A stretch of 64,000 nucleotides of DNA from the NCBI GenBank assembly GCA_050749685.1, contig JBOGRS010000001.1, forward strand, positions 1,920 to 65,919, written 5' to 3'. Below are positions 27,114 through 35,174 of the stretch, one piece after another (position 1 is the stretch's first letter; the number at the start of each line of letters is the position of its first letter). Source of the DNA: Thermoplasmata archaeon. Its GTDB lineage: Archaea; Thermoplasmatota; Thermoplasmata; Lutacidiplasmatales; UBA184. The position numbers and the translations under genes are program-made. The notes under the pieces were generated by a model. That model was not told the DNA's origin and searched no databases. It saw nothing but the letters and a program-made list of their open reading frames with translations.

Positions 27114-28016
27114 ATGCGCCTCACCTTCCTCGGGACCGCCGGTTCGTGGCCGACCAAGGAGCGCTCCGCGAGCGCGATCGCGCTCGACACGGACTCCGAG
27201 CTCGTGCTGCTCGACTGCGGCGAGGGGACGCAGCGCCAGTTCTTCCAGTCGTCCGCGTCGTTCATGCGCGTGCGCCGCGTCTTCATCACGCATTTCCACG
27301 GGGACCACTTCTTGGGCCTCCCCGGGCTCATCCAGAGCATGTGCCTCAACCACCGGAGCGAGCCGCTCGATCTCTACGGCCCTCCGGACGCCCGCGAGAT
27401 GTTCGAGCGGGTGCTTCGGATGGGCTACTTCACGCTCCGCTTCCCGGTCGAGATCCACCCGCTCGAGGCGGGTGCAGAGGTCGAGTTGCCCGGCTATACG
27501 GTCCGCACGGCGCTCGCCCAGCACCCCGTCCCGACGCTGGCCTACCGGATCGACGAGCAGGCGAAACGGGGACGCTTCGACGCTCCGCTCGCCCGCTCGC
27601 TCGGGATCCGCGGTCCGGACTTCGCCCGGCTGGAGGCGGGCGAGGCGGTCCGCGTCGGCGAACGCGTCATCCGGCCCGAGGACGTCATGGGACCCGCTCG
27701 GCCCGGGCGATCGATCGTCTACTCCGGGGACAGCGCGCCGTGCGAGGCGATCCGTCGGCTCGCGGACCGATCGACGCTGCTCATCCATGAGGCGACCACC
27801 GCATCCGACCTCGAGGCCGAGGCGAACCGCTGGGGCCACACGTCGGCCCGCCAGGCCGCCGAGATCGCCCTCGAGGCGCGGGCCGAGGGGCTCTTCCTGA
27901 CCCACTTCTCGTCCCGGTACAAGGAGCTCGACGCTCTCGAGGCCGAGGCGAGGTCGATCTTCGTCGGGGCCCAAGCGGCGCGCGACCTCCTCGACCACAC
28001 GGTCCGTCAACCATGA
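27114..28016 (+). CDS. rnz: ribonuclease Z
   Basis: ATG 27114 (MRLTFLGTAGSWPT). Metallo-beta-lactamase motif ITHFHGDHFLGLPGL and C-terminal LFLTHFSSRY. Confidence 0.85.
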   Translation: MRLTFLGTAGSWPTKERSASAIALDTDSELVLLDCGEGTQRQFFQSSASFMRVRRVFITHFHGDHFLGLPGLIQSMCLNHRSEPLDLYGPPDAREMFERVLRMGYFTLRFPVEIHPLEAGAEVELPGYTVRTALAQHPVPTLAYRIDEQAKRGRFDAPLARSLGIRGPDFARLEAGEAVRVGERVIRPEDVMGPARPGRSIVYSGDSAPCEAIRRLADRSTLLIHEATTASDLEAEANRWGHTSARQAAEIALEARAEGLFLTHFSSRYKELDALEAEARSIFVGAQAARDLLDHTVRQP

Positions 28017-29281
28017 CCGCGGCCGACCTGCTCGTCACCGGGATCGGGGACCTCGCGACGCTGAGCGTCGGTCCGGTCCCGCGGACCGGCCGCGCGATGG
28101 GGGAGATCGGCCGCATCGAGCGCGCCGCCCTCGCGGTGTCGGCCGGGCGCTTCAGCTTCGTCGGATCTGAGGCGGCCGCCCGACGGAACGTCCGGGTGCG
28201 GCGCGGCGGGCAGCGCATCGACCTCGCGGGGGCGAGCGTACTTCCCGGGCTCGTCGACGCGCACACCCATGTCCTCTTCGCCGGCGACCGTTCGGACGAG
28301 CTCGCCCGTAAGGTCGCCGGGGCGAGCTACCTCGAGATCGCGCGACACGGCGGAGGTCTCCTCGCAACGGTGCGCGCCACCCGCCGCGCATCGCGCCCGA
28401 CGCTCCTCGATGGGACGGGCGCCCGCCTGGGGAGGATGCTGGCCCACGGAGCGACCACGATCGAGGTGAAGAGCGGATACGCGCTGGACCACGCGGGCGA
28501 GCTTCGCCTCCTGTCGCTCGTCCCCGAGCTCGCGCGCCGGACCGGTCTCACCCTCGTGCCGACGTACCTGGGCGCCCACGCGATCCCGCCCCGGTACGCG
28601 CGACGTCCGGACGACTACGTCCGCACGATCGTCACGCGCACGCTCCCCGAGGTCGCACGTCGCCGTCTCGCCGCGTACTGCGACGTATTCTGCGAACCCG
28701 GATTCTTTACCCCCGCCCAGGCGCGCCGGATCCTCCGCACGGCCCTCGCCCTCGGCCTCGGGGCGAAGGTTCACGCCGAGGAATTCGTCTGGTCGGGAGG
28801 AGCGCGCCTCGCCGCCCGCCTTCATGCGACCAGCGCGGACCATCTCCTCGTCGCACGGCCCTCCGACCTCGTGGGGCTCGCCCGCTCGGGCGTGACCGCC
28901 GTCCTCCTCCCCGTGAGCCCGTTCGCGGCGTTCACCGGCATGCACGCTCCCGGCCGCGCTCTCGTCGACGCCGGGGTCCCGGTCGCCCTCGGGAGCGACC
29001 TATCGCCGAGCGCGTGGGTCGAATCGATGCCGCTCGTCCTCGCCCACGCCGTCTACAGCGCCCGCCTCACCCCGACGGAAGCGATCACGGCGGCGACGGT
29101 GAACGCGGCCCACGCGGTGGGTCGCTCGGCGAGCGCCGGACAGATCGCCGTCGGCCGCCCTGCGGAGTTCGTCGCCTTCGACCTACCGTCCGTCGAGCAC
29201 GTCGCCTACCGGATCGGGACCCGACCGAGCCTTGTTTCACGTCAGGGATTGCCGGTTTCTCCGAGGGAAGTCCGAGAGTAG
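28013..29281 (+). CDS. hutI: imidazolonepropionase-like amidohydrolase
   Basis: 422 aa, ATGA overlap with rnz. LPGLVDAHTHVLFAGDR, GATTIEVKSGYAL, VHAEE, GSDLSP are HutI-type metal ligand segments. Confidence 0.75.
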   Translation: MTAADLLVTGIGDLATLSVGPVPRTGRAMGEIGRIERAALAVSAGRFSFVGSEAAARRNVRVRRGGQRIDLAGASVLPGLVDAHTHVLFAGDRSDELARKVAGASYLEIARHGGGLLATVRATRRASRPTLLDGTGARLGRMLAHGATTIEVKSGYALDHAGELRLLSLVPELARRTGLTLVPTYLGAHAIPPRYARRPDDYVRTIVTRTLPEVARRRLAAYCDVFCEPGFFTPAQARRILRTALALGLGAKVHAEEFVWSGGARLAARLHATSADHLLVARPSDLVGLARSGVTAVLLPVSPFAAFTGMHAPGRALVDAGVPVALGSDLSPSAWVESMPLVLAHAVYSARLTPTEAITAATVNAAHAVGRSASAGQIAVGRPAEFVAFDLPSVEHVAYRIGTRPSLVSRQGLPVSPREVRE

Positions 29282-29326
29282 GTTCAAATAGGAGCGGTTT
29301 CCTTCTCGCCGGCGAGGTCGCCCACA

Positions 29327-29542
29327 ATGGCGGAGCGCGTTGGAAAAGAGCAGATCACCCGAGAGAAGGGATACCTGTACTACCTAGGCAAGGACGGGTA
29401 CCTCTGGAAGACCCCGACCAAGCTCAACAAGTCGGGAAGGAAGTCGAAGGTCGGCTCCGAGAAGATTACTCGGGCGGACGGCTACATGTACTTCCTCGAC
29501 AAGAAGGGATACATCGCCCGCGCCAAGATGAAGAACGCCTGA
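29327..29542 (+). CDS. small Lys/Tyr-rich basic protein with internal duplication (71 aa)
   Basis: MAERVGKEQITREKGYLYYLGKDGYLWKTPTKLNKSGRKSKVGSEKITRADGYMYFLDKKGYIARAKMKNA. Has its own TATA-like TTCAAATAGG at 29283-29292. Locally lower GC. 13 Lys versus 5 Arg in an otherwise Arg-preferring genome. Confidence 0.6.
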   Translation: MAERVGKEQITREKGYLYYLGKDGYLWKTPTKLNKSGRKSKVGSEKITRADGYMYFLDKKGYIARAKMKNA

Positions 29543-29675
29543 ACGGTTTCCCCCCGTTCCCCCCCGGGAACCTCTCTTTCGGGAGAGGTTCCTTTACCCT
29601 TTCCCTCCGATGTCCCCGGTCCCGCGGACCCAACCTCCTTATCGCAGAACGACCTCGACCCCGCGAGGGCGCCCG

Positions 29676-29852
29676 ATGAGCTGTCGGAACGACACCGGCG
29701 ATCCGCATCGGTGCGACCGGTGCGGCGAGGTCCTCTGGGTCGCCGACGACGGCTGGTTCTGCGGGGAGTGCGGCGTCACGATGCCCTGCACGATGCGGGT
29801 GGTCCCGCCGGTCGGCACGACGCCGTCGATATCGCGCCGGTCGGGTCTCTGA
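29676..29852 (+). CDS. possible small zinc-ribbon protein (58 aa)
   Basis: ATG 29676; CDRCGEVLWVADDGWFCGECG. No other support, so it could be a chance ORF. Confidence 0.3.
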   Translation: MSCRNDTGDPHRCDRCGEVLWVADDGWFCGECGVTMPCTMRVVPPVGTTPSISRRSGL

Positions 29853-30155
29853 CCGCCGAGAATCGGCACGCGCGCGTCCCACGGGCGACGAACGACGCAC
29901 GCTCGGACCAAGCGCACTTATAGCCCGACGCGCTACGCGCGCCTCGGAGGGTTCGCGACGGGTGTCCGGAGCGACCGCGCCAGCATTCTTCAGGGCATTC
30001 CCGCACGGAGAAACGGCCTCCTATCGGGGGCGTTTCATCCGCCGCGAGGGCGGTCCTTAAGTTGGGGCGCGCTCGTGTACGGCCGACGGAACGACGTCCC
30101 ATCGTGACCGATACCCCGAGACGGCGGACCGTCCAAGCACAGGAGTGATCCATCC

Positions 30156-32930
30156 ATGGCCCTAGCGAAGAAGCGCACCGCATCCCCGCCGGAGGAGTCC
30201 GCCCACCGGTCCCCCGTCCGTCCGGGACGCGAGCCGATCCCCGTCCCCAAGCTCGTCCCCCGCGGCAAGACGGCGTTCGACACCGTCGAGTGGCGGACCC
30301 ACGACTCGGTCATCAAGAATGCCGAGGGCAAGGTGATCTTCGAGCGCAAGGGGATCCACGCCCCCGCGACCTGGACGGACAATTCGATCAACATCGCCGC
30401 GTCGAAGTACTTCCGCGTCATCGACGGTCGGCGCGAGAACAGCGTCGACGGCATGATCCGCCGGGTCACCCACTGGATCGCCCAGCGAGGGCTCGAGCTC
30501 GGCTACCTCGACACGACGGAGGAGTCGACGATCCTCGCGGAGAGCCTCTCCTACCTCATGGTGCAGCAGATGGCGGCGTTCAACAGCCCCGTCTGGTTCA
30601 ACGTCGGCGTCCGCCACCCGCCGCAGTGCTCGGCGTGCTTCATCCAGTCGGTCTCCGACGACATGGACTCGATCCTCAATCTCGCGACGAGTGAGGGCCG
30701 CCTCTTCAAGGGCGGGAGCGGGACGGGCTCGAACCTCTCGGCGCTGCGCGGCAGCCACGAACGGCTGAGCGGAGGGGGGATCGCTTCCGGCCCGGTCTCG
30801 TTCATGCGCGCGTTCGACGCGATGGCCGGCGTCATCAAGTCGGGGGGGACGACGCGACGCGCGGCGAAGATGGTCATCCTCAACATGGACCACCCCGACA
30901 TCGTCGATTTCATCGAGTGCAAGGTCCGCGAGGAGGACAAGGCGTACGCCCTGATCCGGGAAGGATACTCGCCGAACTTCGACGGGACGGACCCGGACTC
31001 GGCCTACGCGTCGATCGCCTACCAGAACGCGAACCACTCGGTGCGCATCCCGGACTCCTTCATGGAGGCGGTCCAGCGCGATTCCGAATGGCGCACCTAC
31101 AACCGGACCGACCACTCGGTCGCGGCGACGATCAAGGCGCGCGACCTCTGGCGCAAGCTCGCCTACGCGGCGTGGCGCTGCGGGGACCCGGGCGTACAGT
31201 TCGACGACATCACCAACGACTGGCACACCAGCCCGATGTCCGGCCGCATCAACGCATCCAACCCGTGCAGCGAGTACCTCTTCCTCGACGACACCGCCTG
31301 CAACCTCGCGTCGATCAATCTGATGAAGTTCCTCGACGACGCCGGACGCTTCGACGCCGAGCTCTTCCGCGCCGCGGTCCGGACGATGATCCTCGCGATG
31401 GAGATCCTCGTCGACGCGTCGAGCTACCCCACGGCGTCGATCGCGCAGAACTCCCACGACTACCGCCCGCTGGGACTCGGCTATGCGAACCTGGGGTCGC
31501 TCCTGATGCACTACGGGCTCCCGTATGATTCCGAGGCGGGGCGCACCCTCGCGGCCGGCGTGAGCGCCTACCTCTCCGCCGAGGGCTACCACATGTCGGC
31601 CGAGATCGCGAAGCGGATGGGGCCATTCCCCGGGTTCGACCGGAACCGCGCCCCGATGCTCCGCGTGATGGGCAAGCACGCGAAGGGTGCCGAGAAGATC
31701 CCGCTCAACGACCCTCGCGCGACCGACCTCGTGAAGTCGAGCGTCGACCGGTGGCACGAGACGGTCAAGGCGGGCGAGCTCTGGGGCTACCGCAACGCCC
31801 AGATCTCCGTGATCGCGCCGACCGGGACGATCGGTCTTCTCATGGGGTGCGACACGCTCGGGCTCGAGCCCGAGCTCTCCCTCGTCAAGACCAAGAACCT
31901 CGTGGGCGGCGGGACGATGCGCATGGTCAACCACACGGTGGAAGACGCGCTCCACGCCCTCGGCTACCCGGCCGGCGCGATCCTCGCCATCCGCAAGCAC
32001 ATCGAGGCGACCGGGACCATCGAGGGTGCCCCCGGGCTCAAGCCCGAGCACGTCCCGGTCTTCGACTGCGCGCTCGCCCCGATGGGGGGGACGCGCACGA
32101 TCGCGCCGATGGGCCACCTCAAGATGCTCGGGGCCGTCCAGCCGTTCCTCTCGGGCGGCGCGTCGAAGACGATCAACCTCCCTCACGACGCGACGGTCGA
32201 GGACATCGAGAAGATCTATCTCGAAGGATGGAAGCTCGGGATCAAGTCGATCGCGCTCTACCGCGACGGGTGCAAGGCGAGCCAGCCGTACGAGACCGGA
32301 AAGGGCCGCTCGGCGGTGACCCAGGGCGTCCGCGCCCCGGCGCGCGAGCGCCTTCCGGACGAGCGGAAGGCGATCACCCACCACTTCCAGGTCGGCGGCC
32401 ACGACGGCTACGTAACGGTCGGCCTCTACCCGGACGGCCGCCCCGGCGAGCTCTTCTTCCGCGTGACGAAGGAAGGGTCGACGGTGAACGGCCTCATGGA
32501 CTCGCTCGGGATCTCGATGTCGATGGCGCTGCAGCACGGCGTCCCGTTAAAGGACCTCGTGCGCAAGCTCGCCCACATGCGTTTCGAGCCGGCGGGAGCG
32601 ACGAACAACCCGCGGGTACGCTTCGCGAAATCGATCCCCGACTACGTCGCGCGGTGGATGGCGATCGAGTTCCTGACCGAGGACGAACGACGCTCGATCG
32701 GCCTCGAGGGCCCGTCGGCGGAGGGGAGCGGGGATCCCCACGCTCCCGCGAAGGGCGCGGCGACGGTCGCGAAGTTCGAAACGAAGCCGCTCGACGCGTT
32801 CGACGCGACGGCGCCGCGCGGGGGGATGAGCGAGGACGCTCCGTCCTGCCACGTTTGCGGTGGGATCATGGTCCGCTCGGGGACGTGCTACGCGTGCACG
32901 GTCTGCGGGGCGACGAGCGGCTGCTCGTAG
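30156..32930 (+). CDS. nrdJ: class II (adenosylcobalamin-dependent) ribonucleotide reductase
   Basis: 924 aa. NIAASKYFR, SACFI, GGSGTGSNLS.LRG, active-site SNPCSEYLFLDDTACNLASINL, GGASKTINLP, C-terminal zinc ribbon CHVCGG..CYACTVCG. No intein. Confidence 0.9.
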   Translation: MALAKKRTASPPEESAHRSPVRPGREPIPVPKLVPRGKTAFDTVEWRTHDSVIKNAEGKVIFERKGIHAPATWTDNSINIAASKYFRVIDGRRENSVDGMIRRVTHWIAQRGLELGYLDTTEESTILAESLSYLMVQQMAAFNSPVWFNVGVRHPPQCSACFIQSVSDDMDSILNLATSEGRLFKGGSGTGSNLSALRGSHERLSGGGIASGPVSFMRAFDAMAGVIKSGGTTRRAAKMVILNMDHPDIVDFIECKVREEDKAYALIREGYSPNFDGTDPDSAYASIAYQNANHSVRIPDSFMEAVQRDSEWRTYNRTDHSVAATIKARDLWRKLAYAAWRCGDPGVQFDDITNDWHTSPMSGRINASNPCSEYLFLDDTACNLASINLMKFLDDAGRFDAELFRAAVRTMILAMEILVDASSYPTASIAQNSHDYRPLGLGYANLGSLLMHYGLPYDSEAGRTLAAGVSAYLSAEGYHMSAEIAKRMGPFPGFDRNRAPMLRVMGKHAKGAEKIPLNDPRATDLVKSSVDRWHETVKAGELWGYRNAQISVIAPTGTIGLLMGCDTLGLEPELSLVKTKNLVGGGTMRMVNHTVEDALHALGYPAGAILAIRKHIEATGTIEGAPGLKPEHVPVFDCALAPMGGTRTIAPMGHLKMLGAVQPFLSGGASKTINLPHDATVEDIEKIYLEGWKLGIKSIALYRDGCKASQPYETGKGRSAVTQGVRAPARERLPDERKAITHHFQVGGHDGYVTVGLYPDGRPGELFFRVTKEGSTVNGLMDSLGISMSMALQHGVPLKDLVRKLAHMRFEPAGATNNPRVRFAKSIPDYVARWMAIEFLTEDERRSIGLEGPSAEGSGDPHAPAKGAATVAKFETKPLDAFDATAPRGGMSEDAPSCHVCGGIMVRSGTCYACTVCGATSGCS

Positions 32931-32946
32931 CGGGCGGCGCGCTCCG

Positions 32947-33339
32947 TCACACGAGCGCGTAGCGGGCGAGACCGACCAGGTCGGTGATCGGGAGCCGGGG
33001 CGTCGCCATCGGCCCTCCCTTTCCCCAGCTCGCCTCGAGCGCCCCCTGATCGAACCCCTTCACGTCGCCACTCTCGTGCGCGGTCAGGCGACGGGGCAGC
33101 CCGCGGCGGTCGATCTCGAGGAGGAGGACGAGGGCGCCCACCGGGCCCGAATCGACCATGAAGGTGGGGGACGAACGGGGACCCGACCGCACGACGGTCG
33201 CCTCCTCGTCGTGGAGGTGGGCGATGCGTCGCGCTCCCTTCGGCCGAGACCCCGTCGCATCGCGCCAGGCGATCTCGGCGCCCGCCGCACGAAATCGCAC
33301 GAGGAGCCCTTCGTCGACGGGGATCGCGCCCGGGGTCAT
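32947..33339 (-). CDS. hypothetical protein (130 aa)
   Basis: ATG 33339 overlaps the TGA of the upstream gene (ATGA at 33336-33339). Ordinary composition (MTPGAIPVDEGLLVRFRAAGAEIAWRD..FMVDSGPVGALVLLLEIDRRGLP..). The rest of the track ORF is shadow. Confidence 0.5.
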   Translation of the reverse strand: MTPGAIPVDEGLLVRFRAAGAEIAWRDATGSRPKGARRIAHLHDEEATVVRSGPRSSPTFMVDSGPVGALVLLLEIDRRGLPRRLTAHESGDVKGFDQGALEASWGKGGPMATPRLPITDLVGLARYALV

Positions 33340-34238
33340 GCCGCCCCCGCGGGGAGACGACCCTTCCAAAGACGGCAGTCCGGACGAACGGCGCACGGGG
33401 CGCATACCGCGATGTCCCTCGTCTTCGGGCAATCCCCCGAGATCCCGGTGTGGCACAGGACGAAGTCGTACTTGATGGGGTCGCGCGCATCGATCCGTCG
33501 GAGCGCGTCGGTGACCTCCTCGACGGTCGCCCACGAGCGCGTGCGGCGCTGCGTCAGCCCGAGGTGGTAGGCGATCCAGTACACGTGCTGGTCGAGCGGG
33601 ATCCGCAGCGAGGACGCCTCGACCCCCTTCCAGACCCCGAGGTCCGGGTAGTCGGAGCGGACCATCCAGCGGACGAACAGGACGAGGCGCTTGCACGGGC
33701 TGCCCGCGTCGAGCGGGCTCGGGAAAAGCGCACGATAGCCCCGGGGCGTTCCGGGGGCATCGGCCGGACCTCGGAGGGCGTGGGCGAGGGCGTCGAGCCC
33801 GTGGGCAAAGTCCCCGTCGAAGTCCGCGCTCCCGCGCCGGAAGACCGCCTCGAGCGACCCGGCGTCCGCATAGACCGCCTTGAGGCGTCGCGCGAGGTAG
33901 GCCAGCTGGTCGCCGCGGATCCAACGGTGGCGGAAGTCCGAGAGCGCCGCGGCGGTCCGGGGCGAGGCGGAGCGATCGACGAAGGCAGGAAGGTCCCCTC
34001 CCGCTCGCTGCACGAACCGCGCGAACGCGCTGCGGATCGAGGCCGTGGTGCCGATCGCGAGGGTCGCCGCGTAGATCCCCGCGATCTCCGCGGCCCTCGG
34101 GTCGGAGGCGAACGGTCGGACGCACGAGAGCGGGTCCTGCGCGAGCGACCGGTCGAACGGGAAGCTCCCGAAGAGCCGGTTCAGGTGATCGGGAAACCCC
34201 GGCGAGGGATGATGGGCCCGCGGCACGACGACGGGCAT
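33336..34238 (-). CDS. TIGR02757/DUF2400-like protein (HhH-GPD superfamily, C-terminal Cys cluster)
   Basis: Internal ATG 34238 (MPVVVPRAHHPSPGFPDHLNRLF..), 300 aa. IPLDQHVYWIAYHLGL (HhH-type pvDtHv..) and C-terminal CHTGISGDC..CAPCAVRPDC. Confidence 0.6.
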   Translation of the reverse strand: MPVVVPRAHHPSPGFPDHLNRLFGSFPFDRSLAQDPLSCVRPFASDPRAAEIAGIYAATLAIGTTASIRSAFARFVQRAGGDLPAFVDRSASPRTAAALSDFRHRWIRGDQLAYLARRLKAVYADAGSLEAVFRRGSADFDGDFAHGLDALAHALRGPADAPGTPRGYRALFPSPLDAGSPCKRLVLFVRWMVRSDYPDLGVWKGVEASSLRIPLDQHVYWIAYHLGLTQRRTRSWATVEEVTDALRRIDARDPIKYDFVLCHTGISGDCPKTRDIAVCAPCAVRPDCRLWKGRLPAGAA

Positions 34239-34330
34239 CGACCCGGGCGATTTACCCTTGTCCGCGGGGGACGGATGGGCGCCGAGCCTCTCGAAGCGAC
34301 GGGTATGTAGCCGTCGGACCTCGTGGGACC

Positions 34331-35125
34331 GTGCGGGACCCGGTGGGGGAGGTGGTCGAAGGGATCGACCGCGCGTGGCTCGAGCGAGCGGCGCGGGCGG
34401 ATCCGGTCGCGCACGCGTTCGCGGTCTACGACATCCTCTACGCTCCCGAGCGCGTACGGTTCGTCTCGCTTCGCGAGGACGGTACGACGACGGCCTACCT
34501 CCTGCTCTGGTACGGGGGTCCGGTACCGGTCGTCCACTGGGTGGGGCTTCCGCCCACCTGGCCGCGCCTCCTGAGCGGAGTCCCCGGCCGGCCCCTCCTC
34601 GCCATCGTCCCGACGGCGGTCGCCGGACCCCTCCGCGAGCGGTTGGGCCCGGGCGAGACGTACCCGATCGAGGTCCTCGCGCGCCCGCCCCACCGTCCGC
34701 CCCCCGCGCCCGTGGACCCCGCACGCGTTCGACCGCTGGAACGGTCGCAGACCTCCCTCCTGCGCGCCCTCTGCGACGACGAGCCCGAGCTCGCGGCCTC
34801 CGCCTACCGGACGATCGACGTCGGGGCCGAGCCGGTCTGGGGCGCGTTCGACGGCGACCGCCTCGTCGGCGTCGCACGGACCGCCGTCGCGCTACCGACG
34901 GTGTGGATGATCGGCGGGGTCTTTACGCGCCCGTCCGTCCGCCGCCGGGGGTTCGGCCACGAACTCACCGCTGCCGTGACGCGCGCCGCGATCGCCGCCG
35001 GGGCGCTTCCGGCGCTCGGGGTGCGCACGGACAACCGGCCCGCACGACGGATCTACGATCGCCTCGGCTTCGCGCCGGTGGACCACCGCATCTGGCTCGA
35101 CGCCGGCGCGCATCTCGCCCCCTAG
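34331..35125 (+). CDS. GNAT-family acetyltransferase
   Basis: 264 aa. C-terminal GNAT core GGVFTRPSVRRRGFGHELTAAVTRAA..RRIYDRLGF. Confidence 0.7.
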   Translation: MRDPVGEVVEGIDRAWLERAARADPVAHAFAVYDILYAPERVRFVSLREDGTTTAYLLLWYGGPVPVVHWVGLPPTWPRLLSGVPGRPLLAIVPTAVAGPLRERLGPGETYPIEVLARPPHRPPPAPVDPARVRPLERSQTSLLRALCDDEPELAASAYRTIDVGAEPVWGAFDGDRLVGVARTAVALPTVWMIGGVFTRPSVRRRGFGHELTAAVTRAAIAAGALPALGVRTDNRPARRIYDRLGFAPVDHRIWLDAGAHLAP

Positions 35126-35174
35126 ATCGACCCCCGCCTTTTTCCGAGGCATCGGGCTACCCCGGGCCACCGCG

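Noticed and set aside
29900-30155. Possible cobalamin riboswitch upstream of the B12-dependent nrdJ
   Set aside because: No B12-box-like sequence was seen by eye, and riboswitches of this class are not expected in archaea. The region is kept only as a long-leader observation.
30162-32537. 791-aa minus-strand ORF
   Set aside because: It is antisense to nrdJ, whose motifs are unambiguous. The translation is Arg/Asp/Val/Gly-rich with no motifs.
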